From positions 3,030 to 67,029 of the forward strand of contig RGVZ01000001.1 in the NCBI GenBank assembly GCA_010029825.1: DNA of 64,000 nucleotides. The letters are read 5' to 3'. The DNA comes from a bacterium. Lineage in GTDB: Bacteria > Bdellovibrionota_B > Oligoflexia > Oligoflexales > RGVZ01. Every line of letters starts with the position of its first letter. The stretch's first letter is position 1. The translations under genes were made by a program, and so were the position numbers. Below, piece after piece: positions 19,509 through 27,900 of the stretch. Below the pieces are notes generated by a model that searched no databases, was not told the DNA's origin, and was given only the letters and a program-made list of their open reading frames with translations.

Positions 19509-20863
19509 ACCAGAAGCAAAAACAACTCGTCCGGATCGTCAGGTTGACTTTCGACATGGCCGCCGTGGTCATGGCGTGGATTGCGGCCTACCAATTGAGA
19601 TTTGCCCTGATCGAAACGCCCAAAGGTGTTCCGCCGTTCGGTTTGTATTTGAAGCTGGTGCCGTTCATTGTGGTGATCTGGGCAGCCATTTTTTTCGCCA
19701 GTGGTTTTTACCGGCGTTCGCAAGCGCGCCGTTCCGCGGTGCTGGAGGCCCTCGACATCATCCCTTCATGTGGGCTGGCAACGCTGGCTCTCGTGGCGTT
19801 TACCTACTTCTACGAGGAATATCGTTATTCGCGGATCGTGATGATCATGTTCGCGGCATTGCAGCCGGTGTTCCTGATCACGGCGCGGTCCGCGATGCGA
19901 AAGTTGTTCCGGTGGTACCGCCGCAAGAGTCCGGCGCGCAATGTTTTGCTGGTCACGACCAAGGGCCTGGAGCGGCAGGCAATCGCCGCCACGGATGAGA
20001 TGGACCTGGTGCGGTCGCGGGTGGTGGGGACGGTTTTCGTGGATGAGGCCGCTCCGGCGGACTGGTTGGAACTGGTGGCACGCATGGAAGTTCACGCGAT
20101 GATCGTGGCCTTGCCGTACCGGTTGTTGGGGGTCCTCGAGGACCAGCTCGCGGGCATTGCCGACCAGGTACCGGACATCCGTATCATTCCTGACATGAGC
20201 CGGTTCACGCGGTTTGCCTCGGGGATAGCGCTGGTGGACGGGCGGCCTGTGATCAGCATCAACGAATCGCCGTTGGCAGGCATGGGACGGTTGATCAAGC
20301 GCTCGGTCGATATCCTCGGGGCTCTGGTGGGGTTGGTCTTGTTTGCCCCGGTGATGGCTGTCATCGCGATCCTCGTTCCATTGTCCTCGCCTGGGCCGGT
20401 CCTGTACCGGCAAGAACGGATGGGACTTGACGGGAATAGCTTCTGGATCCTGAAATTCCGGTCAATGCCGGTTGATGCCGAGAGGAAGACGGGCGCCGTC
20501 TGGGCGAAGCCAACCGACAACCGGGCGACTTGGCTGGGGCGCCTGCTGCGTGGTAGCAGTCTGGATGAGCTGCCTCAGTTCTGGAACGTCCTCCGCGGTG
20601 ATATGAGCTTGGTCGGGCCAAGGCCGGAACGTCCCGTATTTGTTGATCAATTCAGGCGTGAGATCCCCGGGTACATGTTGCGGCACAAGGTTAAGGCCGG
20701 AATTACCGGGTGGGCCCAGGTGAATGGCTGGCGGGGCGACACGAGCCTGGAAAAGCGCATCGAATGCGACCTGTTTTACATCCAGAACTGGAGTGTCTGG
20801 CTGGACCTGAGGATCATTTTCCTTACTGTTTTCAGGGGCTTCCTGAGCAAAAACGCCTACTGA
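19505..20863 (+). CDS. polyprenyl glycosylphosphotransferase (WcaJ/WbaP-like sugar transferase)
   Basis: ATGA overlap with the GT4 gene. Has N-terminal TM segments. Bac_transf motifs 'SLDELPQFWNVLRGDMSLVGPRPERP' and 'GITGWAQVNG' are present. Confidence 0.9.
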   Translation: MNQKQKQLVRIVRLTFDMAAVVMAWIAAYQLRFALIETPKGVPPFGLYLKLVPFIVVIWAAIFFASGFYRRSQARRSAVLEALDIIPSCGLATLALVAFTYFYEEYRYSRIVMIMFAALQPVFLITARSAMRKLFRWYRRKSPARNVLLVTTKGLERQAIAATDEMDLVRSRVVGTVFVDEAAPADWLELVARMEVHAMIVALPYRLLGVLEDQLAGIADQVPDIRIIPDMSRFTRFASGIALVDGRPVISINESPLAGMGRLIKRSVDILGALVGLVLFAPVMAVIAILVPLSSPGPVLYRQERMGLDGNSFWILKFRSMPVDAERKTGAVWAKPTDNRATWLGRLLRGSSLDELPQFWNVLRGDMSLVGPRPERPVFVDQFRREIPGYMLRHKVKAGITGWAQVNGWRGDTSLEKRIECDLFYIQNWSVWLDLRIIFLTVFRGFLSKNAY

Positions 20864-20875
20864 ATCAATTTTAAT

Positions 20876-20900
20876 GATTCTATGTAATTCTAATAGAATC
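20876..20900 (+). terminator. AT-rich hairpin after the sugar transferase gene (possible terminator)
   Basis: GATTCTAT (20876-20883) pairs with ATAGAATC (20893-20900) around a 9-nt loop. There is no clear T-tract. Confidence 0.3.
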
Positions 20901-20902
20901 TG

Positions 20903-20930
20903 TTGACTTATTAAAAACAATATTATAACT
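20903..20930 (+). promoter_or_regulatory. candidate sigma-70 promoter in the AT-rich gap
   Basis: TTGACT lies at 20903-20908, followed 15-16 nt later by TATAAC/ATAACT (20924-20930). Confidence 0.35.
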
Positions 20931-21024
20931 TAACTATTGTCAGGGGTCAGTCTACTTGGTGGCTGACTCCCGACGATCAGGCTGTTTTCTGCTGTCGCTG
21001 TTGTTTTTTGCTGAAGCTGTCGTT

Positions 21025-21606
21025 GTGAGGTTGCCTGTGCTGAGTACCCGTGTCTCGATCCGACTCGCCTTTGTCGCGTTCCTGCTCACGTCCTGCGGAA
21101 TGCCGACCAATGAAAAAAGTGTGAAGAACTTTGTCCTGTCTTGCATGAACTGCGACAGCAGCCTGCATGATGGTTTCAGCCGGATTGTGCACCAATACAA
21201 CTCCGAGGCCGGGTTTGAGGCGTTGCAGTACACCACCAATTCCGAGGACGCGAACAGTCCGGTCTATCTGACCCAGGGGCTTAACATGCGCGAGGGCAAA
21301 GTGGGGTGGGGGCAATGGCTGTCCGAGACCGAGGAGCGTCGCAGTTACTTGCCGCAGCCGAAGGCCCTTCGCACGGTCAGTTATTCGATGCGCCTTGAAC
21401 TCGACAAGGACTTCATGCAGACGCGGATCAATTCCATCCGCGAGAGTGACAAGACGGATGTTCGCAAGCTGTTCTATCACGAGACCGGCCATGGACTGCA
21501 GATGGCGCATCATCCGGATCCGGGCAACGTGATGTACTTCGATATCAGTGGGGACAAGGACTTCAACTTGTACTTCAACGATGTTCGCGCGTTTTTTGGC
21601 AAGTAG
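21025..21606 (+). CDS. matrixin-like (metzincin) zinc metalloprotease lipoprotein
   Basis: 'HETGHGLQMAHHPDPGNVMYF' aligns with the MMP motif HExGHxLGLxHSxDPxALMxP. The lipobox is 'FLLTSC'. The start is ambiguous (GTG 21025, TTG 21031 or GTG 21037). Confidence 0.68.
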   Translation: MRLPVLSTRVSIRLAFVAFLLTSCGMPTNEKSVKNFVLSCMNCDSSLHDGFSRIVHQYNSEAGFEALQYTTNSEDANSPVYLTQGLNMREGKVGWGQWLSETEERRSYLPQPKALRTVSYSMRLELDKDFMQTRINSIRESDKTDVRKLFYHETGHGLQMAHHPDPGNVMYFDISGDKDFNLYFNDVRAFFGK

Positions 21607-21609
21607 CGT

Positions 21610-21757
21610 GGGAGAGGATCCTTCGCCTTCGGCTCAGGATGACGGGGGGAGAGGATCCTTCGCCTTCGGCTCAGGATGACGGGGGGAGAGGATCCTTCCC
21701 CTTCGGCTCAGGATGACGGGGGGAGAGGATCCTTCGCCTTCGGCTCAGGATGACGGT
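21610..21757. repeat. hairpin-repeat array, locus 3: four 37-bp tandem units
   Basis: 'GAGAGGATCCTTCGCCTTCGGCTCAGGATGACGGGGG' starts at 21612, 21649, 21686 and 21723 (period 37). The hairpin core is ATCCT-TC-GCC-TTC-GGC-TC-AGGAT, e.g. 21618-21640. It is followed by a GACGGTTGATGT doublet. Confidence 0.9.
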
Positions 21758-21790
21758 TGATGTGACGGTTGATGTTTGCCTGGAGTTCAG

Positions 21791-23242
21791 ATGATGTTGT
21801 TGAAACAAAAAAAAGCCGGCGCCGCGCGCGTATTGATCCTCGTGGCCCTGGCCACGGTCAACCCGGCCTGCGGAAGTTCCGGCGGGGCAGGCAGTCCGCC
21901 CGCGGACACGGTCAATGATAACCAGGCCATCCAGCCCGTGGTGGAAGTCCCGGTGATGCGATCCATCCCGGCTTCGCACGGGATTTCGATGCAGCTCTTG
22001 TCAGAGCGGGCTGATCGCATCAATCCGAAACTTGTATACGCCTTTCAGGGCAAGGGCACAGCGTTGACCTGGGATATCGGTGTGACAAGAGCCGCTTACG
22101 AGCGGATCCCGATGTTGCGCGGTGAGGCCAACGCACAGGGCATGGCTGCCGGTGATGTGGTCTTGACCGGGAACAGCAGCGGGTCTGTCCTGGCCGCGTG
22201 GTTCAGTTGTCGCGGGATCACCGCGGATTCCATCAAAGGCGCGGAAACAATCATGAGCGGATTTCCCGCGCAGCTGGTGAAAGAAGACCCCGCCGCGAAA
22301 TTCCAGGAAGTCCTGGGCGCCATCAACAGTGGCAAGGAGTTCGGTTCGCCGACATCAGACATCTTGCCCCTTGTGGACGCGATCGTCGGGAATGGCGCAT
22401 GTGTTCCGCGCTTGCCGACTGTAATCCTGGCGTCAAACCAGGACATCAATGACAACCGCCGCTGGCTCTTCACGGAGGGACGGCGCTCGCGCAGTTTCGA
22501 CATAACGGATTTCTCGTATTCGCAGCGTACGGGTGATTTCAGCCTTGAGAAGGAAAAAGTCGGAAAGATCTGCACCTACTTCGCTGACCCGGTGATGTTC
22601 CGCTATTTGTCTGAAAACATGACCGGGGAAGAAAGGCTGTGCGACATTCGCGTCATGGAAAACGCGGATGACATGAGGACAGCGGTTCTGGCCAGCATCT
22701 CCGAGCCGACCTATTTCGTGCCGGTCGAGGAGAAGGCCGAATCAAAGCTCGTGCGTTTCGACGCGCCCGGGGCCATCAAGAGTCACCGGTTTTACAATGG
22801 TGGTTTCTCGATGCCGGGCATCGTCCAGGACATCAAGCGCCTTTTCCCGGCGGCACGTGCCATGGGGACGGGGCGTTGGACTTACAACCAGGCCGAGGTT
22901 GCCGTCATGTACAGCTGGTACGACGTCAACTTGAATAGCCTTCAGGAACAATCGCGCTGGTGGATGGACCTTGAGCCGGTACCTACCGACACCCAGCGTT
23001 CAAGGTTGCTGGCGCGTCCGGCAGGTTTACAAGGGGCCGATCTCGCCGCGCGTTACCAGGAAGAGATCAACCTTGGGTACCAGCGGGCAACGGCCTGCCT
23101 GCAGCCCGGTAAAGCCTGCCTGTCGCCGCGGACGTCGATCTTCGGGCGCGACCCGAACAAGCCGGCGTTCACGAGACCTGCCGGGCAACCCGGCGGTGCC
23201 GAGATCCCAACCCGTCAGGGGCTGGACATGTTCCTTCAATAA
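21791..23242 (+). CDS. patatin-like phospholipase-domain lipoprotein (Asn at the expected catalytic Asp)
   Basis: The ATG at 21791 follows TGGAG. The lipobox is 'TVNPAC'. Motifs present are 'FQGKGTAL' (oxyanion-like), 'GNSSG' (GxSxG), 'ASISEP' (ASxxxP) and 'YNGGF' in place of DGG. Confidence 0.6.
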   Translation: MMLLKQKKAGAARVLILVALATVNPACGSSGGAGSPPADTVNDNQAIQPVVEVPVMRSIPASHGISMQLLSERADRINPKLVYAFQGKGTALTWDIGVTRAAYERIPMLRGEANAQGMAAGDVVLTGNSSGSVLAAWFSCRGITADSIKGAETIMSGFPAQLVKEDPAAKFQEVLGAINSGKEFGSPTSDILPLVDAIVGNGACVPRLPTVILASNQDINDNRRWLFTEGRRSRSFDITDFSYSQRTGDFSLEKEKVGKICTYFADPVMFRYLSENMTGEERLCDIRVMENADDMRTAVLASISEPTYFVPVEEKAESKLVRFDAPGAIKSHRFYNGGFSMPGIVQDIKRLFPAARAMGTGRWTYNQAEVAVMYSWYDVNLNSLQEQSRWWMDLEPVPTDTQRSRLLARPAGLQGADLAARYQEEINLGYQRATACLQPGKACLSPRTSIFGRDPNKPAFTRPAGQPGGAEIPTRQGLDMFLQ

Positions 23243-23257
23243 GGCTGGTCCATGATT

Positions 23258-23283
23258 GCCCCCCGGAAACGGGGGCTTTTTTT
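23258..23283. terminator. rho-independent terminator between convergent genes
   Basis: GCCCCC-cggaaac-GGGGGC (23258-23276) is followed by TTTTTTT (23277-23283). Confidence 0.75.
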
Positions 23284-24541
23284 ATGGGCAGTAGTGATGG
23301 CTGAATTTTTGTTCCAGCCACGCGCAGGGGTTGGCGCGAAGCTGGGGCGGGCCATACGGGGAAGTCGCCTCATAGGTGAAGCACCAGCCGGCAGATCGCT
23401 GGACCATGAAAACGCTGTGATCTGAAGTCGTCAGGATGCAACCTGGTCGTATCGCGTGATCAGGATCCTCCCGCAGCCCGTGATCAGCGAGCATTTTCCC
23501 CCAACATTCAACGCACATGTCATCGACGAATACGCCCGCGTCAAAGGGACGGGGTGGGGCCATATTCGCCGAGTCCGCCGAGTCCGCCGCGTGACAAGTC
23601 TCCACCCAAAGTTTGGCGGTGCCGCAATCCGTTGGCGCGCAGTCGCTGTGTTTCATGTTGATCAGGATACCGCCTGGCCGCAGGTCCATCGCGGAAACTG
23701 GCTTGTCGGAATTGTCCGCCAGGAATTGACGAGCGGCCGGACCACAGACGGATTCGTCCGACGTCCGCGCGAATTCGACTTTCTGAAGGCGCAGGTCAGC
23801 CAGAAGGTCGCCCGCGGCGGCCTGCGCGGTGCCATGGCAATTCGGCATCCCGAAGGTGATTCGCGCGGAGGACTGGTTGCCAGTCATTTCAATGACGAAA
23901 GGGTTGTTCCACGCGAGGTTTGTGTTGGATGGATCCTTGACCTTGTGGATGCGCTGGATGCCGGGATGGCAGAACCTCGAGGTGGCCCGGTTTCCGGAAT
24001 TCATTCCATTGGCATCAAGGGGACAGGCCTGACGTACAAAACAACCGTCGGGATCCATGGCTGTCAGGTCTGAACAATCCGGTGACTGCATTTCGGAAAC
24101 CGAATCAGAGATCAGTTGACGCGCCTGCGCCACGTCCGGGAACGCGCGGCACCGTGTCGTCATGTCCTGGCCGTAGCGAACGACAAGTCCCGTGGTCAGG
24201 CGCTCGAGGCAGGCCGTATTTTTGTCGTCGCCTTCAGCGAAATCCCGCGGCCAGTTCTGCCTGACGCGATTTTCGACGAGCAGGTGCCAGCGCTTGGCGA
24301 TGGTCTGGTCTTCGACGCATCGACCGAGATTTTTTATGGAGTCGGCCAAGGCGGCGCGGTCTTCACCGTAGTAATCGAACTTGCAGGCTTGCCTGAGGGC
24401 GTCAGACGTTTCCAGTGACCAGAGATCTGCCGCGGAGCGGCCGGGGTCAGAGGTCGTCCGGCAGCCGGCCAGGGTTGTCACAGAGGCGACAACGATGGCT
24501 GCCGGAACGACCAAGGTTCTTGCGCGGTCAGTAAGCCGCAT
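23282..24541 (-). CDS. Cys-rich lipoprotein, function unknown (possible papain-fold Cys/His hydrolase)
   Basis: The ATG at 24541 overlaps the ald 3' end by 14 nt. The lipobox is 'TLAGC'. The protein contains more than 20 cysteines, with 'PNCHGTAQ' and '[16 protein letters not shown]' as a candidate Cys/His pair. Confidence 0.55.
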   Translation of the reverse strand: MRLTDRARTLVVPAAIVVASVTTLAGCRTTSDPGRSAADLWSLETSDALRQACKFDYYGEDRAALADSIKNLGRCVEDQTIAKRWHLLVENRVRQNWPRDFAEGDDKNTACLERLTTGLVVRYGQDMTTRCRAFPDVAQARQLISDSVSEMQSPDCSDLTAMDPDGCFVRQACPLDANGMNSGNRATSRFCHPGIQRIHKVKDPSNTNLAWNNPFVIEMTGNQSSARITFGMPNCHGTAQAAAGDLLADLRLQKVEFARTSDESVCGPAARQFLADNSDKPVSAMDLRPGGILINMKHSDCAPTDCGTAKLWVETCHAADSADSANMAPPRPFDAGVFVDDMCVECWGKMLADHGLREDPDHAIRPGCILTTSDHSVFMVQRSAGWCFTYEATSPYGPPQLRANPCAWLEQKFSHHYCP

Positions 24542-25628
24542 GCGGGATGTTGAGCGCGTCTGCAACGGCCTTGTGCGTCAATTTGCCATTGAAGCTGTTG
24601 AGCCCTTTGCGCAGCGGTTCGGATTCATCGAGCGCACGGGCGAGGCCCTTGTTGGCCAGTTCGAGCGCGTATTTTATCGTGACGTTGGTCAAGGCGTAGG
24701 TTGAGGTCTTCGGCACATCGCCCGGGATGTTGGTGACGCCGTAGTGGAGGACGCCTTCTTCCTTGAACACCGGATCATCGTGCGTGGTCGGACGGATGGT
24801 CTCAACGCAACCGCCCTGGTCAATCGCGACGTCAACGATGGCGGAATCCGGTTCCATCGTGCGGACCATCTCACGGCTGACGAGGCACGGTGCCTTCGCG
24901 CCGGTGATGAGTACCGCGCCGACGAGGAGATCGGATTCACGCACGGCTTTCGCGATGTTCTCCGGGTTGGACATCAAGGTTTGGACGTTGTTGCCGAAGA
25001 TGTCGTCAAGGTACGCGAGACGGGCCGGATTGACGTCCAGCATCGTGACTTGCGCGCCAAGACCGATGGCCATCTTCGCCGAGTTGATGCCCACCACGCC
25101 GCCACCGATGATCGCGACGCGACCGCGAGCGACTCCCGGCACGCCGCCAAGCAGCAGGCCTTTTCCACCGTTGTGCTTCTGCAGGCACTGGGCGCCGACC
25201 TGAACAGCCATGCGGCCGGCGACTTCACTCATCGGAGTGAGGAGCGGCAGCGAACCGTTGGCGAGCTCGATGGTTTCATAGGCGATCGCGGTGACTTTGC
25301 GTTCGAGGAGCGCTTTGGCAAGTTCCGGAACTGCGGCAAGGTGAAGGTACGTGTAAAGGATCTGGCCCGCGCGCATGCGGGAATATTCTTCCGGGATCGG
25401 TTCCTTCACTTTCATGATCATCTCGGCTTCGTCCCAAACTTGTTTGGCCGCGTTGATGATGGTCGCGCCCGCGGCCACGTAACGCGCGTCAGGAATTCCC
25501 GCGCCGAGGCCCGCGCCTTTCTCAATGATCACTTTGTGGCCGGCGGCGACGAGCACCTCGACACCACCAGGGACGACTGCAACACGATTCTCGCGATTCT
25601 TGATTTCCTTTGGAATTCCGATCAGCAT
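24528..25628 (-). CDS. ald: alanine dehydrogenase
   Basis: Contains '[23 protein letters not shown]' and the NAD fold '[14 protein letters not shown]'. Confidence 0.93.
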   Translation of the reverse strand: MLIGIPKEIKNRENRVAVVPGGVEVLVAAGHKVIIEKGAGLGAGIPDARYVAAGATIINAAKQVWDEAEMIMKVKEPIPEEYSRMRAGQILYTYLHLAAVPELAKALLERKVTAIAYETIELANGSLPLLTPMSEVAGRMAVQVGAQCLQKHNGGKGLLLGGVPGVARGRVAIIGGGVVGINSAKMAIGLGAQVTMLDVNPARLAYLDDIFGNNVQTLMSNPENIAKAVRESDLLVGAVLITGAKAPCLVSREMVRTMEPDSAIVDVAIDQGGCVETIRPTTHDDPVFKEEGVLHYGVTNIPGDVPKTSTYALTNVTIKYALELANKGLARALDESEPLRKGLNSFNGKLTHKAVADALNIPHAAY

Positions 25629-25661
25629 TTGTAGTCCTTTTTGACTGGTCCGATTGGCGAA

Positions 25662-26313
25662 CTATAGCACCAGAGGGCACACGACGCTAAGGCCATCGAA
25701 GGCCAGACGTATGTTGGGCGGCAGGGTGGCCGACACAGTCTGGAAATCGATTTCGTGGCCGAGATGCGTTATAATACCCTGTTTTGCTTGTATTTTTTTG
25801 ATTAGATCCACTGTTTCGGGCAGGCTGCTATGGGTCGGATGGGTTTCCATCCGGAGGCCACTGGCGACTCTTGAATGGAACTCCGGGGGTGATCTCGTGG
25901 ATGTTCATCCGCGGTTTTGTGCCGTGGTACCCGGTATTCTGGAACGCGTAGGAGAATCGCGTCCTCAAGTCGTCGAGATGTTCCCTGGTGGCATGAACTG
26001 AGATCGGCTCACGGGAACGGAAGAAGAAGGCGCGCAGGTCATCGAATCCATGGCAGTGGTCCGAGTGCGTGTGCGTGTAGATCACATGCTCGATGTTGTG
26101 GACTTTTTCGCGGACCATCTGCAGGCGGAATTCCGTCGCTGTGTCAAAAACAACATGCTGACCCCCGGGAAAGGTCAGCATGATCGAGGCCCGCGTGCGC
26201 TGGTTTCTTGGGTCACCCGACGTGCAAACCGGGCAGTCACAAGCGATGACGGGACAACCAGGGGAGCTGCCACTGCCGAGGATGGTGACCTTAATGCCTT
26301 GATCTGGCGTCAT
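25662..26313 (-). pseudogene. MBL-fold metallo-hydrolase (PhnP-like), disrupted by frameshift and apparent internal deletion
   Basis: The N-part 25828..26313 reads 'KVTILGSGSSPGCPVIACDCPVC...YTHTHSDHCHGFDDL'. The C-part 25662..25850, in another frame, reads 'HPTHSSLPETVDLIKK...IITHLGHEIDF...RLAFDGL'. The two ORFs overlap by 23 nt. About 55-60 aa of central conserved region seem to be missing. Confidence 0.6.
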
Positions 26314-27835
26314 GCGAGACGTCTCCCGGAACCGCGTCCGTAAAGCAACTTTCAAAATACGCGTTCAACTGTCCCATCGCCCGCGGGATGGACCTGGCCG
26401 CGGTCTGGGCAAAGAGACGCATTTTCTCCAGCTTGTAGAAAGCCTCTGCCCGGCGGTACTCATACTGGCGCCAGAAATTCTCTGGATCGTTCAGGGTTGT
26501 TCCTGGCAGCAGTACAACCTCGGTGCCGGTCGAACCAGGCGCTTCACTGGTCATTTGTTGGAGCAAATTCTCGCGGGTCGCGTAATCAAGCGCGGCCTCG
26601 ACGTCGCGGGCCTTGGCGGACGGATTGCGCGAAGCACACGACGCGATCAGGAAGTCGCGCGACAAGCCGTACGCCGCGCCGTGAAAACCGGATTTCCCGA
26701 ATTCATCCGCGCAACAATCAAACACTCCGCGGGCCAGCGCGGTGTCCGGGAACTGGACTTCAATCATGAACCGGTGCGTATGAAAATCACGCGGATGGAA
26801 GACCATGATCGCGGCCGCCGGCAATCCGTCACGTCCGGCGCGTCCGGTCTCTTGCACATATTGTTCAAGGTTCTGCGGGAGTCCGGCGTGGATCACCGTC
26901 CGGATATCGCGCTTGTCGATCCCCATGCCGAAGGCGCTGGTGGCGATCATGCATCCGACACGCCCTGCCAGGAAGTCATCCTGTTGCCGGGATCGGGACG
27001 CGCCATCAAGACCGGCATGGTACAGACCCGAGCGCACATCGCGTCGTCGCAGGGCCGAATGCAGGGTATCAGCGATTTTTCGCGTGGGGGCGTAGACAAG
27101 GGTGCTGCCGGCCGTGACCCGGCGCTCGATGGCATCCAGTGTGCGTGGCAATTGATCCTTGAACGAGGCGACTTGTTCAACCGCGTGCGTGATGTTTTCG
27201 CGAGCCGTTTTATTGACGAAAATTTGAGGCGCGCGCAGGCCGAGGTTGCGGATCATGTCCGCCCGCACGCCAGGAGTGGCTGTGGCCGTCAGGGCCAGAC
27301 GCACGGCGCCAGGGAAAGATTCCATGAATGCGCCGATCTGACGGTATTCGGGGCGGAAGTTGAAACCCCATTGGCTGGTACAATGGGCCTCGTCCACGGC
27401 AACCAGGAAGACTTCCCGGGTGGCTGCGAGGCGTTCCCGGAAAGTCGCGTTCGCGAGGCGTTCGGGAGAGATGAATGCCAGGGTTGCCGTCCCGGATTCA
27501 ATTTTTTGCCACTGTCCGGACCGGTCGTCCATCGATTGCAGGCGGTCAAAAACAGCGCACTGAAGGCCACGTGCCTCCAGACGGGTTGCCTGGTCGCGCA
27601 TCAGGGCAATAAGGGGCGAGACAACCAGCACGACCCTGCGGATGGTCGCGGGTCTGGCCCGTTCCAGGGCCGCTGGAAGTCCGAAACAAAGGGTCTTGCC
27701 ACTGCCGGTGGGTGAAACGGCAAGGCAGTCCCGCCCGGCGTCTATCGCGTCCAGGACGAGGTTTTGAAAGTCATGAAGTTCATCGAAGCCAAAGACGGAT
27801 TTCGCCGTCAGGCCGCGTTCAATTGTTGTTTGCAT
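26291..27835 (-). CDS. RecQ-family ATP-dependent DNA helicase (short form, no obvious HRDC)
   Basis: Contains 'SPTGSGKTLCF', 'VAVDEAHCTSQWGFNFRPEY' and 'GMGIDKRDIRTVIH'. Confidence 0.88.
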   Translation of the reverse strand: MQTTIERGLTAKSVFGFDELHDFQNLVLDAIDAGRDCLAVSPTGSGKTLCFGLPAALERARPATIRRVVLVVSPLIALMRDQATRLEARGLQCAVFDRLQSMDDRSGQWQKIESGTATLAFISPERLANATFRERLAATREVFLVAVDEAHCTSQWGFNFRPEYRQIGAFMESFPGAVRLALTATATPGVRADMIRNLGLRAPQIFVNKTARENITHAVEQVASFKDQLPRTLDAIERRVTAGSTLVYAPTRKIADTLHSALRRRDVRSGLYHAGLDGASRSRQQDDFLAGRVGCMIATSAFGMGIDKRDIRTVIHAGLPQNLEQYVQETGRAGRDGLPAAAIMVFHPRDFHTHRFMIEVQFPDTALARGVFDCCADEFGKSGFHGAAYGLSRDFLIASCASRNPSAKARDVEAALDYATRENLLQQMTSEAPGSTGTEVVLLPGTTLNDPENFWRQYEYRRAEAFYKLEKMRLFAQTAARSIPRAMGQLNAYFESCFTDAVPGDVSHDARSRH

Positions 27836-27900
27836 GTCAGGAAGGTTTTACTTGATTTGACGGTCGCCGCGACAGGGTTTTGTTGGGTATGATTGAAGAC

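Noticed and set aside
21610-21757. Possible CRISPR array (regular 37-bp repeats)
   Set aside because: The units abut one another with no unique spacers, and no cas genes are nearby. The same unit occurs in other arrangements at 14.8 and 16.8 kb, so these are tandem hairpin repeats rather than CRISPR.
21671-21979. 102-aa ORF on the minus strand across repeat locus 3
   Set aside because: The translation is generated by the tandem repeats ('...RRRRILSPRHPEPKGKDPLP...') and overlaps the start of the patatin-like gene, so it is spurious.
24744-25634. 296-aa ORF on the + strand
   Set aside because: It is antisense to alanine dehydrogenase, and its Asp/Arg/His-rich composition is implausible for a protein.
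26312-27715. 467-aa ORF on the + strand
   Set aside because: It is antisense to the RecQ-family helicase, which carries all helicase motifs. The translation is Arg/Gly-rich and is a shadow ORF.
27836-27900. Lysine riboswitch upstream of lysC
   Set aside because: The intergenic region is only about 65 nt and is shared with the divergent recQ-family gene. That is too short for an L-box.
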